A stretch of 64,000 nucleotides of DNA from an uncultured delta proteobacterium (GCA_963772835.1 CAVYYZ010000009.1:32001-96000); one strand, 5' to 3'; numbered from the stretch's first letter, positions 10,703 to 20,649 are shown. Translations and numbers: made by a program. The notes: generated from the letters alone by a model not told the origin.

Positions 10703-11854
10703 CTACTGCCACACGTCACTGCTGTCGTGAATACGTGACTTCCCGCCACTCTGCTTTGAATGGCACGAACCTGTACAGGTGACAACCCCCGATATGCGGG
10801 TGAATGTCATGCCCGATAAGATTGCGGCACTTGTCCCATTAGTAAACCGGACTGTCACGTCGCCCCTTGTCTTAACAATCCTGTTGCTGTTCCCGTGCGA
10901 GGGGGATCCACTCCCCCCGCCGGTATGACAGACGGCACAATCAACAGCATGCCAGACATTTGATGCATGGCGGCCGGCATTATTCGGAAAGACCGTGCCG
11001 TTCGGCTGCCCGGTAGCGATGTTCACATCGCCATGACAGGCCCCGCAGCCGATGTTCCCGGTCTTCCATCCTGAATGGCATCCGGAGCATACGGGCGGTG
11101 TGCCGTTGGCAACAGGATAAGTACCGGCCGCGTTTGCCACATCCGTATGACATGGTATGCAGTATGTCCCGAAGTCGAAACCGACTGATTTATGCGCACT
11201 GCCCGGAAAGGGGAATTCGTGCCCCATCACACCATGACAGAGGGTATTGTTGAAACATCCACCAGCCCCGATTATTGCCGTAGCCGGAAGTTTTGCCAGC
11301 CCTTCGGGGCTGAGGTTGGAACGGCCGGTGTGACACTGCGCACAGACCGGGGCATTACCGGGGTTTGTCGTGGTGTGACTGATGGTGGCGCCGGTCCATG
11401 GTTTAGGCGGATGCGGGGCCGTTGTATGGCATCTCAGACAGTCCTTCCCGATTGCACCGGCTCCCCGGTAATCAGTGCCGTGACAATTCGCGCAGAACGC
11501 CATGCCATCTACCCCGGATACTGCGGCCTTGGCATGGGCTCCGTGAGCGGCGGGGTCACTCCAGCCGGCCGGATGGCCGTACGGCCCCTGAGCATGGCAC
11601 GACATGCCGTTTCTGTCGGCACTGAAACAGCTTACCCTGCTGATGCCGCCGCTCAGCTCGGCCCCGTGACACTCCTTGCATTTGTCAGGTGCAGACAGAA
11701 ATGCTGCCGGATGGTTTCCTCCGACCGATGCGACCGCCCATCCGGCAGGATGGTTCCCTGACGTATCGACAGTAACCGGTGTGTCATTGGCAGTGCTGCA
11801 TCCCCAGAGGCTTATGAGCATGAGCAGTATTGCGCCGCTTTTAATCGTGGTCAT
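10703..11854 (-). CDS. Multiheme c-type cytochrome lipoprotein (outer-surface component of a porin-cytochrome conduit)
   Basis: Lipobox LWGC; 8 CxxCH motifs plus CX9CH, CX5CH and CX3CH variants. Confidence 0.9.
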   Translation of the reverse strand: MTTIKSGAILLMLISLWGCSTANDTPVTVDTSGNHPAGWAVASVGGNHPAAFLSAPDKCKECHGAELSGGISRVSCFSADRNGMSCHAQGPYGHPAGWSDPAAHGAHAKAAVSGVDGMAFCANCHGTDYRGAGAIGKDCLRCHTTAPHPPKPWTGATISHTTTNPGNAPVCAQCHTGRSNLSPEGLAKLPATAIIGAGGCFNNTLCHGVMGHEFPFPGSAHKSVGFDFGTYCIPCHTDVANAAGTYPVANGTPPVCSGCHSGWKTGNIGCGACHGDVNIATGQPNGTVFPNNAGRHASNVWHAVDCAVCHTGGGSGSPSHGNSNRIVKTRGDVTVRFTNGTSAAILSGMTFTRISGVVTCTGSCHSKQSGGKSRIHDSSDVWQ

Positions 11855-11863
11855 GGCATTCTC

Positions 11864-12340
11864 CTATCTGTGGCACGCGACGCAGCGTTCGTTGTTGGCC
11901 CTGCCGTGGCAGCGATAACAGCTGGCAGGGTCAAGTTTTCCTTCAATCTTGTGCATGGTCATAAAGTTGCCGCGATGCTGCATTTCACGGTCGGGACGGT
12001 TGCCGTATTTTATGGACGGCTTCATTTCAACCTGGTTGGTGTGGCAGTCGTTGCAGAAGGAGCTTTTATGACAGGTGGAGCAGAGGCGGTCATCTGACGC
12101 GGCGTAGAAACGGTGGTTTTTGACGAACGATCGTGTGTGGCTGAATGAGTTGAAGGCCTTCATGGTACCCTTCTGCTGGTCTTCATGACATTCGGCACAA
12201 TTCACCTGCTGTCCGACCGCCAGCGCTTCCGGATGGGAGGCGGGGAGGCCGGGAACCGTTTTCATCTGCGCGCAGGAGGCGAATATGCCAATGAACCCTG
12301 CGACTGCAAGGAGTGGGAGCATCAGTGTTCTGTTTTTCAT
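11864..12340 (-). CDS. Pentaheme c-type cytochrome lipoprotein (ExtC-like)
   Basis: Lipobox FASC; CAECH, CSTCH, CNDCH, CYRCH, CVACH. Confidence 0.9.
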   Translation of the reverse strand: MKNRTLMLPLLAVAGFIGIFASCAQMKTVPGLPASHPEALAVGQQVNCAECHEDQQKGTMKAFNSFSHTRSFVKNHRFYAASDDRLCSTCHKSSFCNDCHTNQVEMKPSIKYGNRPDREMQHRGNFMTMHKIEGKLDPASCYRCHGRANNERCVACHR

Positions 12341-13653
12341 TTCTTCCCTCCAATGCCGGTGAACGTCATGTTGTAGGTCAAGCGGAGAAGTGCTCTGACT
12401 TCTTCGGTAAATTGGGGGTTTCTGCCGTAACTGAGGTCGCCCGACAGTGCCAGGGCGGGGGTGATGTGATAGCCGAGTGAGGTGGTTGCTTCCCAGGCGC
12501 TGCTTTTGTTGTAGATTTTCTCTTTGAAGAAGTCGCCCAGGATGTCGATGGCGCCAAAGTAGCTCTTGGTGTCACGCATGACGTAGCAACGTATTTCGTG
12601 GTAGGAGGCTGATACGTCGGGCGTAATGGCGAAGCCCTGCCCGGCATTCAGGTAGTGATAGCCGATGCCGCCGCGGATGGTGTTGTCTTTGTAGTTGACG
12701 CGGGTATCCAGGCCGTAGCGTGAAGCGCTGCCGAATTCGCGGGTGTAGCGTTTGTAGTCGGCGGCTATGTCAAGGCCTGTATCGACTTGATAGGAGGCGA
12801 TCAGGCCGGCCGAACTGGAGTTGTCGGTGGGTTTGATGGCGGAGGCGGAGAACATGGTCCAGGTGTACAGGGCGCTGGTTTCGAGGTACTGGTTGAATTC
12901 TCCTGTCAGTACCAGCTGTCGGACCGGTTTGATGTTAAGCAGGTAGGAGTGCTCGGCGAACTGCTTGGTTTCTGTGTTGTAGCTGCTGTGCCCGAGTATG
13001 TCGAGTGCGTTGACGGGGGTGATCCAGATGTCGGCTCCTGCCCTGCGGTAGTTCGTGGCGGTGTGGGTGACAAGCGTCGGGGCGTCGGTTTCGTAGACTC
13101 CTGAGAGTCCGACTTCAAGAAGGCCTTTGTATCGATAGTTGACGCGCCCTCCATAGCTGGCATCTCCCTTGCCGTCGCTGTTTTCACCGCTGATATTGGT
13201 CGTGTGGACGGTTGCACCGCCGAAGGCTGACAGGCCAAAGCCCATCGGCAGGTCGGTGCGGGCGCTGAGACCGTCGATCTGCTCATTGACGATGCCTTCG
13301 TGGATAAATTGCCGTCCGACGCGGAGCTGTGCGCTTGTCTGGGCGAAGCGGTACTGAAGGTAGCCGTAGGTGATGCTTCCGGTGGTTGTGTCGTTGTTGT
13401 AGCTCTTGTCGGCCAGGTCGGTACGCCCCCATCCGTAAAAGTGGAGGGAAAGGTTGCCGTCGGCCAGTTTGTCGGCAGTCAGGCCGAGAAACTGAGTCGC
13501 CGGGAGAAGGGTCTCCTTCGGAGTGCCGGTAACGTCACGCTTGCCGAAACCGAACAGGGTGCTGGAGTCAATGGTTACGTCTGCCGCCAGAGCAGCGACG
13601 GGAATCGTGAAAAGTGAGGCTGCGCAGAACAACGTGCAACAGGTCTTTTTCAT
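12337..13653 (-). CDS. Outer-membrane beta-barrel porin of a porin-cytochrome complex (ExtB-like)
   Basis: Signal peptide, alternating amphipathic beta-strands rich in Y/G, ATGA overlap with the pentaheme gene; start ATG 13653 after AGGAG. Confidence 0.82.
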   Translation of the reverse strand: MKKTCCTLFCAASLFTIPVAALAADVTIDSSTLFGFGKRDVTGTPKETLLPATQFLGLTADKLADGNLSLHFYGWGRTDLADKSYNNDTTTGSITYGYLQYRFAQTSAQLRVGRQFIHEGIVNEQIDGLSARTDLPMGFGLSAFGGATVHTTNISGENSDGKGDASYGGRVNYRYKGLLEVGLSGVYETDAPTLVTHTATNYRRAGADIWITPVNALDILGHSSYNTETKQFAEHSYLLNIKPVRQLVLTGEFNQYLETSALYTWTMFSASAIKPTDNSSSAGLIASYQVDTGLDIAADYKRYTREFGSASRYGLDTRVNYKDNTIRGGIGYHYLNAGQGFAITPDVSASYHEIRCYVMRDTKSYFGAIDILGDFFKEKIYNKSSAWEATTSLGYHITPALALSGDLSYGRNPQFTEEVRALLRLTYNMTFTGIGGKK

Positions 13654-13792
13654 TAGGCTGGCTCCTGTACTAATTGTGTGAGGATTGAACAAACTGAGTC
13701 GCAAGATAAAACTGTATTCCAGAGTAATCAAACGCAAAGGCTGCAAACGCCCTCTTTATCTTCTTGACACATTTCTCAAGGCTCCAAATACT

Positions 13793-13808
13793 GGCAACAA
13801 GTGTGCCA
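13793..13808 (-). promoter_or_regulatory. Sigma54 -24/-12 promoter for the porin-cytochrome operon
   Basis: Minus strand TGGCAC-ACTTG-TTGC matches the TGGCAC-N5-TTGC consensus, about 140 bp upstream of the porin start. Confidence 0.8.
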
Positions 13809-14055
13809 GATAAGACTGGCTGATTTATTCAGACTACTGTCTTGTTTTACAGGGTAAAATAAAGAGCACGCACTCGAAAAGTGGTAGAAAACCTTCATCA
13901 CAATCCGTCATATCCAACACAACTGTCATATATAGCAGGTTGCTTTAAATAATTTTTTCGTGCCTTACACCAAATACGTTCTTTCATTGAGTCTGTGATG
14001 CGGGAATAGGCTGATGTTCAGACATAAAACGTCTTCCCGGAATGCAAACAGTACA

Positions 14056-14166
14056 AAATAAAAAGCCGGGTTGCCAAAAATTGAACATTTTCGGCAACCC
14101 GGCTGTCTCAGTGAGACCCTATAGGCTTTCCGCCCCATCCTCGCGAATGGTTTAGTATTATCGTTT
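14056..14166 (-). ncRNA. GEMM-I riboswitch (Geobacter c-AMP-GMP type) with intrinsic terminator
   Basis: Minus strand ATAATACTAAACCATTCGCGAGGATGGGGCGGAAAGCCTATAGGGTCTCACTGAGACAGCCGGGTTGCCG. The aptamer 3' end AGCCGGGTTGCC pairs with downstream GGCAACCCGGCT, followed by a T run. Confidence 0.93.
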
Positions 14167-14197
14167 ATTTGTACAACTGTATTTTATTGTGAAAATT

Positions 14198-14225
14198 AAT
14201 ATATTAAATCGTGACCTATTGTCAA
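14198..14225 (-). promoter_or_regulatory. Putative sigma70 promoter for the riboswitch leader
   Basis: TTGACA at 14225-14220 and an AT-rich -10 (TATATT) 16 nt downstream. Confidence 0.55.
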
Positions 14226-14293
14226 GCCCGTTTTTTACAGGCAGCCTTCTTTGCCGGCCGGCAGCACGGCCATACCGACCGGCATGACTACCG

Positions 14294-15847
14294 TCAGACC
14301 GCATCAATCAAACGTTTCTGTTTGTTATTCAATCGATTGAGCGCATGAATGTATGCCTTGGCAGAAGCTACAATAATATCAGTCGAAGAGCCCTTGCCGA
14401 CAACGGTATGAGCACCTTCGTTCACCCGCACCGTTACTTCGCCCTGGGCGTCTGTACCACCGGTAATGGAGCCAACATTATACTGGGTCAGCTTTGCCTT
14501 TGACTTGGTCAGCTTTTTAATGGCTTTAAACGCCGAGTCAACCGGCCCGTCTCCCATCTCTGCAGTACGCACCGTTACTCCGTTGACTTCCATCTGGACC
14601 GTCGCCGTTGCCACGGCAAAAGAACCGCAGGTTACAGTGACATGATCCAGTTTGTACTGATCTTCTTCCCGAACTTCATCAGAGACAATGGCATCGAGAT
14701 CTTCATCAAAAATTTCTTTCTTCAGATCAGCCAGATCCTTGAACCGGTCAAAGGCGCGATTGAGCTTGCCGTCATCCAGATCATATCCAAGTTCATCCAG
14801 CCTCTTTTTGAAGGCGTGCCGCCCGGAATGCTTGCCCAGTACCAGCGCACTGGAAAGAAGGCCGACTGATTCAGGAGTCATGATTTCGTAGGTGGTCTTT
14901 TCCATCATCATGCCGTGCTGGTGGATACCTGCCTCATGGGCAAATGCGTTCGCTCCGACGATTGATTTATTCGGCTGCACGGCAATACCGGTGACCTGCG
15001 TCAATAGACGGCTGGCCGGCGTAAGCTGCTCTGATACAACATTGGTTGCAAAGGGGAGAATGTCGCGCCTGGTTTTCAGAATCATGACAAATTCTTCCAG
15101 TGAACAGTTACCGGCCCGCTCACCGATGCCGTTTATCGTACACTCCACCTGACCTGCACCGGCCTGTATTGCTGAAATCGAGTTGGCCACCGACAACCCC
15201 AGATCGTTGTGACAGTGAACTGAAATAATCGCATTATCGATATTTGGCACGTTGTCCTTGAGGTATTTAATGATGTTGAAATACTCGAACGGGATTGTGT
15301 AGCCAACCGTATCCGGAATATTGACAGTCGTTGCACCGGCCGCGATCACGGCTTCAACCACTTCGGCAAGGAACGGCAGACGGGTGCGGACGGCATCTTC
15401 ACAGGAAAATTCAACATTCGGGGTATACGAAGCGGCACGTTTGACCGCCTTAACGGCTGCGGCAAGGACTTTGGCCGGTTCCATCTGCAACTTGTATTTC
15501 ATATGAATGTCTGAGGTCGCAATAAATGTGTGTATACGTCCTTTCTCACCCGCAAATTTCAGGGCCTCCCAGGCACGATCGATATCTTTTTCACTTGAAC
15601 GGCACAGTCCCGCAATTTCCGGGCCTTTGATTGTCTGTGCAATCTTTTTTACCGCTTCGAAATCCCCTTCAGAGGCAATCGGAAAACCGGCTTCAATGAC
15701 ATCGACATTCAGTTTCTGCAGCTGACGTGCGATGCGCAGCTTTTCCTCAATGTTCATGCTGTTACCCGGTGCCTGTTCACCATCTCTCAGCGTCGTATCA
15801 AAAATTCTGATAATCTTGCGGTCATCCTTTTTCGCAGCCTTTGCCAT
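14294..15847 (-). CDS. leuA: 2-isopropylmalate synthase
   Basis: DTTLRDGEQ, HCHNDLG, GERAGN and the C-terminal regulatory domain; start ATG 15847 after AGGAG. Confidence 0.96.
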   Translation of the reverse strand: MAKAAKKDDRKIIRIFDTTLRDGEQAPGNSMNIEEKLRIARQLQKLNVDVIEAGFPIASEGDFEAVKKIAQTIKGPEIAGLCRSSEKDIDRAWEALKFAGEKGRIHTFIATSDIHMKYKLQMEPAKVLAAAVKAVKRAASYTPNVEFSCEDAVRTRLPFLAEVVEAVIAAGATTVNIPDTVGYTIPFEYFNIIKYLKDNVPNIDNAIISVHCHNDLGLSVANSISAIQAGAGQVECTINGIGERAGNCSLEEFVMILKTRRDILPFATNVVSEQLTPASRLLTQVTGIAVQPNKSIVGANAFAHEAGIHQHGMMMEKTTYEIMTPESVGLLSSALVLGKHSGRHAFKKRLDELGYDLDDGKLNRAFDRFKDLADLKKEIFDEDLDAIVSDEVREEDQYKLDHVTVTCGSFAVATATVQMEVNGVTVRTAEMGDGPVDSAFKAIKKLTKSKAKLTQYNVGSITGGTDAQGEVTVRVNEGAHTVVGKGSSTDIIVASAKAYIHALNRLNNKQKRLIDAV

Positions 15848-15911
15848 TGTGAATCTCCTTTCAGTATCCTGCGTCTGAGCGCGGTTCTCGTAATAAATCA
15901 TTCAACCCGTA

Positions 15912-16149
15912 AACAAAAAAAACCTCCGCCCCATATTTGGGGCAGAGGTTATAAACCGTCCGCGGTACCACCCAATTCGCCCGTAACACACCGGGCCTTC
16001 TACACCTTTAACGCAGGCTCACGACTCTGACTACCAAGATCACCAGAGCGGCTCCAAGGCGAGTTCACCACAATGCCTACCGGTTCGCACCAACCACCGG
16101 CTCTCTGAAAAGCATGTAAATGGTTACTACTCCTCTTCATTGCCTTTAC
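15912..16149 (-). ncRNA. T-box riboswitch leader (Leu specifier) of leuA
   Basis: T-box GGGTGGTACCGCG, AG-bulge CAGAGAG, GGTGCGA loop, specifier GAA-CTC (Leu CUC, 16063-16061), terminator AACCTCTGCCCC...GGGGCGGAGGTT plus T run. Confidence 0.92.
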
Positions 16150-16208
16150 ATATTTTGTGCATAGTAGAAAAAACAGCCCCTTAAAGTCAAGGGTTTTCAA
16201 AACAAACT

Positions 16209-16805
16209 CTATTTCGAATGTTTCGCAAGATACGAAGCAACACCCTCTTTGGTCGGTTTCATCGCTTCCTCACCCTGCTTCCAGTTTGCTGGACAAACTT
16301 CGCCGTGCGTGTCAGAAAACTGGACTGCATCCACCATGCGAAGGGCTTCGTCAACACTTCTGCCGAGCGGCAGGTCGTTAATTACACAGTGGCGAACCTT
16401 TCCGGTAGGATCGATCAGGAACAGACCGCGCAATGCAACAGAACCTCCGAAGAGGATCCCGTACGATTTAGCAATTTCCTTGTTCAGGTCCTGAACGAGC
16501 GGATACTGGATATTGCCAATCCCGCCGTTCTCAATAGCAGTATTCTTCCAGGCAAGATGAGTGAATTTCGAGTCAACAGAAACACCGATGATTTCACAGT
16601 TTCTGGTTTTGAACTCGGTAACTTTTTTGTTGAAAGCCAGGATTTCCGACGGGCAGACAAAAGTGAAGTCGAGAGGATAGAAAAACAGAAGGACATATTT
16701 CCCCTTGAGGGCCGAAAGGGTTACGGAACCGAAGCTGTTGTCCGGCATAACTGCCTCTGCGGTAAAATCAGGTGCTTGCTGGGTTACGAGAGTTGTAAGA
16801 CACAT
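16209..16805 (-). CDS. ahpC: 2-Cys peroxiredoxin (AhpC/TSA)
   Basis: FYPLDFTFVCPSE and GEVCPANW; upstream TTGACA-17-TATTAA promoter at 16876-16848. Confidence 0.95.
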   Translation of the reverse strand: MCLTTLVTQQAPDFTAEAVMPDNSFGSVTLSALKGKYVLLFFYPLDFTFVCPSEILAFNKKVTEFKTRNCEIIGVSVDSKFTHLAWKNTAIENGGIGNIQYPLVQDLNKEIAKSYGILFGGSVALRGLFLIDPTGKVRHCVINDLPLGRSVDEALRMVDAVQFSDTHGEVCPANWKQGEEAMKPTKEGVASYLAKHSK

Positions 16806-17316
16806 AGGGAGATCTCCTTAGAATTAAATGTAAAAGCTTATTCTTGTTTAATACCAGTCGATCTTATTCTTGTCAATAGGATAAAAATAGTCCTTTAGTC
16901 TTTTTTTGCTTTTTGATGTGCTGTTGAATGACAAAGATGACCAACAATTGGAGGCGTCGCCAAAATCTTAAGAATGACATCCCGCATGCTGGGTTCTGAT
17001 TATTTCAGCTGCCGAATGCAAACATAGTCAGGATGCGGTACCAGTTCAAGCTTTACATAGCGATTCCATTTAAAGCCCGTTTTCTGCTTTTCTTCCATTG
17101 CCACACCGCCCGACACAAAAATAACAGTAGAACTCCATGACACTAAAAACTCATGAACTGTCGGGACAATTTGTATCCTCTGGCTTGTAATCCACATTCG
17201 CTTTCCGCACATGCAAAAGACATAATCGCACGTTTTTAAATACTGTATTGCACGAGTAAGCACACATATGATTTCAAGATCTGGCTTATGCTTCAAGTGC
17301 CAGTATTACCCCGCGA

Positions 17317-17371
17317 ATTTTCATAACATTTACCCGACCGCAATATGTATGTAACGTGACGATGCTAAGAT
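17317..17371 (+). promoter_or_regulatory. Pho-box-like promoter of the hydrolase-GH3 operon
   Basis: ATTTTCA/ATTTACC/CGCAATA/TGTAACG at 11-bp period, 9-nt spacer, TGc-TAAGAT. Confidence 0.7.
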
Positions 17372-17398
17372 GCCTTCCAATCAACTTTGGGAGGGTAT

Positions 17399-18475
17399 AT
17401 GAGCGACAAGTCGACAAAACTTCGTGTAGTGAAGGACAATCGTCATGTAGTAACTGCGATTACAGCGGCTGCAGGATTTATGCGGAGCATCTCCATCAAA
17501 CGCTTTGCTCCAGAATTTCGTCGTCACGAATTCGACATTATTGAGCGGAATAAAGACTCTCATCGAACTCGTTGTCAGATCTTCCGGGAAAAAGGTGCCG
17601 GCAATGTACCAACAATCGTGCTGGGTGGTTTTGTTCCGGACGCGACAGAAACTGTCGAGTTTCAACGCAAACTGCTGCGCCAGCATGGTTCGATCTATTA
17701 TGTAAACTACGGACTTAATGGTTTTTGCCGGGAGATGTTTACTGCCCAGCTTACGGACCTGATCGAGTCACTGGCATTAAAGGGGCAAAAACCCTTGATA
17801 ATGGCCGTCAGTTTTGGATGTGGACTGCTCTCCAACTTCCTGCAGCATGCTGGTGAACGGGTACATGAAAACGTCAGGGGCCTCATACTGGTAAGCCCTG
17901 TCATCACAACCGACGACCTGATCAGGCCAGCCGCACAGAAACGTGACGGCATACGGATATTGGAAAGCAATCTCAAGAAAATTGTGGCCGCCGAACCGAA
18001 TAATGAAACGGATATTTCCAAACACATCGAGCGTTCCAGGCGCTGTTTTCAGGCTCTTTTCAATTCCGGCGCAGAGAACCGGGTACTGAATGTCCGCCAC
18101 CTTGCAATCAGAAAAAAAATTAACGATGTCATCGAGTACACGTCTGCCCGCGGGGGATTTGAAAGGGTAATTGCTCTGCGGGACTTCAGGTTTCCGTTAT
18201 TCTCCAGAACACTCTTTTCCGGCCCGGTATTGACGCTCCTGGCCGAAAATGAATCCGATATTCTGGTGCCATCATCACCGACGTTAAAGTTATTCAGCGA
18301 AGCTTCACTGTACAGCAGGATACTTCCATCCTGTCTGGTAAAGTCCGTACGATCTGGCAGAGCGGGCGACGGAGTAGCTCATGCTTCGCTCATTTTCCAT
18401 CATGAAGCTTACAACACACTGCTGGAAGGATGGTACAACAAGCTCCTGTATCCGAATCTGAAGCTGGCGGTTTAG
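17399..18475 (+). CDS. Alpha/beta hydrolase fold protein
   Basis: VLGGF oxyanion-like motif, nucleophile elbow AVSFG, C-terminal His (VAHAS); RBS GGGAGGG. Confidence 0.75.
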   Translation: MSDKSTKLRVVKDNRHVVTAITAAAGFMRSISIKRFAPEFRRHEFDIIERNKDSHRTRCQIFREKGAGNVPTIVLGGFVPDATETVEFQRKLLRQHGSIYYVNYGLNGFCREMFTAQLTDLIESLALKGQKPLIMAVSFGCGLLSNFLQHAGERVHENVRGLILVSPVITTDDLIRPAAQKRDGIRILESNLKKIVAAEPNNETDISKHIERSRRCFQALFNSGAENRVLNVRHLAIRKKINDVIEYTSARGGFERVIALRDFRFPLFSRTLFSGPVLTLLAENESDILVPSSPTLKLFSEASLYSRILPSCLVKSVRSGRAGDGVAHASLIFHHEAYNTLLEGWYNKLLYPNLKLAV

Positions 18476-20080
18476 ATGGGAATTCTGGCAGGAATACAGA
18501 ACACCGGGATAGTGCAACGGCTGCTGCGATCTAAGGCTGTTACGCGGGCAGATCAATTTAACCGGCAGGATCCGCTGGACGCACAGCGGCGGATATTTCG
18601 GGAATTACTTGAAACGGCGGCGACAACAAAGTTCGGCAGGGATAATATCTTTGTGCGTGTGCGCGGAATATCGTTTGAAATTGCGTATGATTACTTCAAA
18701 AGTCGTGTGCCGATCCGTTCCTATCATGAATTTATGAGGGATTATAGCTATCTGAATCAGCCGAACTCATCTAACGGACGATTGTTTCCTAACCTGGATA
18801 ACATAACCTGGCCTGGCACCATCAAGATGTTCTGCGAAACGTCCGGGACGACGGCGCCGACCAAATTCATCCCCTTCTCGGCACAGATGTTTGCCGAGAA
18901 CCGCCGGGCGGCCCTCGACATGATGTCGTGCTATCTGGCCGCCAATCCTGAATCAAAGATACTACACGGTAAAATCCTCTACATGTCCGGCTCTACCCGT
19001 CTAACCAAAGTCAGGCGTGGCGTATGGGCCGGCGACATGAGCGCTCTCACACTCCGTTACCGCCCCTGGTACCTGACGTCGTTCGTCGAACCGGGTGCGA
19101 AGATATCAGCTCTGCCATGGGAGGATAAACTGGAGGCCATGGCGGACCTGCTGTTGCGTGACGACCGCATACGCGTTATCTCCGGTGTGCCCCCATGGAT
19201 CATCCTGTTACTGAAACGTTGCGTGAAGATAGGCGGCAGGCCGCTTACAGAACTGTTGCCGAATCTTGAGTTGATCATTCATGGCGGCACCAGCATTTTG
19301 CCTTATCGCAAAGAATTTGAAAGCCTTTTTGATGGCAGATTGCCACATCTGCTGGAGCTGCTTCCCTCGTCCGAAGCCTTCATGGCTTTCCAGCAGTCAG
19401 GTGAAACGCAGATGCGTTTCACCCCGTATTATGGTGTTTTTTTCGAGTTTGTCCGATTTGAAGATTTGGACGACCAGGGCAAACCAGCAGCTTTTGCTCC
19501 TGCCATACCTCTCGAGAAGGTTGAAGTCGGCCAGCGATATGCTGTCATTCTCAGTACATGCTCGGGACTGTGGCGCTACCACATTGGCGACACAATCCGC
19601 TTCACTTCCACATCACCTCATTTCATTGAATTTACCGGAAGAGACCGCTTTCTGGATAAACTGGAAGAGAAGGTAACGCAGGAAGAGGTAGAGCAGGCAG
19701 TTGCCAATCTCAACAGAAACGGCCGCTGGAGTGTGCGCGAGTTTATGGTTGGTACAGACACCCGGTCCCGGCGACATCGGTGGGTCCTGGCTGTTCAGAA
19801 CGACATGGATGTTGATGTCGCCGCAAAGACACTGGACGATACCTTGCGCAGCCTGAACGCAGACTATGCTGCATTCAGAAACCAGGGCCGCATCAACTCA
19901 CCGGATGTGATGTGTGTGCCGGAAGACGGCATCTACCGATGGTCACAGGCGGAACGCGGTAAACTGGGCGGACAGACCAAGATACCGCACATCGATCCGA
20001 CCCCTGATTCCTCCATGATCGCAAGTTTGTATGACTTCCATTCACCGGAATGCACGTTAGAGCCATTGCATTGTTTGTAA
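18476..20080 (+). CDS. GH3-family acyl-acid amido synthetase-like protein
   Basis: ETSGTT..TKFIP, HGG, PSSEAF, GLWRYHIGD, FTGR and GGQTKIPH motifs. Confidence 0.88.
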   Translation: MGILAGIQNTGIVQRLLRSKAVTRADQFNRQDPLDAQRRIFRELLETAATTKFGRDNIFVRVRGISFEIAYDYFKSRVPIRSYHEFMRDYSYLNQPNSSNGRLFPNLDNITWPGTIKMFCETSGTTAPTKFIPFSAQMFAENRRAALDMMSCYLAANPESKILHGKILYMSGSTRLTKVRRGVWAGDMSALTLRYRPWYLTSFVEPGAKISALPWEDKLEAMADLLLRDDRIRVISGVPPWIILLLKRCVKIGGRPLTELLPNLELIIHGGTSILPYRKEFESLFDGRLPHLLELLPSSEAFMAFQQSGETQMRFTPYYGVFFEFVRFEDLDDQGKPAAFAPAIPLEKVEVGQRYAVILSTCSGLWRYHIGDTIRFTSTSPHFIEFTGRDRFLDKLEEKVTQEEVEQAVANLNRNGRWSVREFMVGTDTRSRRHRWVLAVQNDMDVDVAAKTLDDTLRSLNADYAAFRNQGRINSPDVMCVPEDGIYRWSQAERGKLGGQTKIPHIDPTPDSSMIASLYDFHSPECTLEPLHCL

Positions 20081-20126
20081 AGTAATTTATAATTTCTGCA
20101 TTACCACAATCAATATGGAGGGTACT

Positions 20127-20645
20127 ATGATTCTGTATGTAATGCGGCACGCTGAAGCGGTAGAGGGAAGCGACACGTTGCAGGATGAGTGGCGTTATCT
20201 TACTGAAAAAGGCAGGGTAGCGGCGAAAAAAACCTGTGCTGCAATTGCCAGGATCGGTCCCAAACCGCGGATGACCATTACCAGTCCCCTGACCCGGGCG
20301 GTACAGACAGCAGAGATCGCCGCCGGACAGGCCTGCCGGAAAAACGTCGTCGTTGCAAGCGTCCTGCTCCTGCCGGGAGCTGATATCGACAAACTGGTTA
20401 CACATTTGAAGGGGTGCAAGGATGCCAAACGCGTCATGCTGGTTGGTCATGAACCCCAGCTTGGTGAATTGGTTGCGACGTTGCTTGGTCGTGATGAGGC
20501 GGTATCGCTCAAAAAAGGTGCCTGTGTGACGTTGAAACTGAATCCGGACTCCGACAATAGAGAGGCCGTATTTCTCAGTTATCTGGCTCCTGGCAAGAAG
20601 AGAACCACGTCCTTCAAAAAAGCTTTTGCACAAGCCGCTTCCTGA
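20127..20645 (+). CDS. sixA: SixA-like phosphohistidine phosphatase
   Basis: MRHAEA, TSPLTRAVQTA, LVGHEP. Confidence 0.88.
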   Translation: MILYVMRHAEAVEGSDTLQDEWRYLTEKGRVAAKKTCAAIARIGPKPRMTITSPLTRAVQTAEIAAGQACRKNVVVASVLLLPGADIDKLVTHLKGCKDAKRVMLVGHEPQLGELVATLLGRDEAVSLKKGACVTLKLNPDSDNREAVFLSYLAPGKKRTTSFKKAFAQAAS

Positions 20646-20649
20646 ACTG

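Noticed and set aside
17000..17098. 32-aa ORF MEEKQKTGFKWNRYVKLELVPHPDYVCIRQLK on the minus strand
   Set aside because: Weak RBS and no recognisable motif; cannot be supported from sequence alone.
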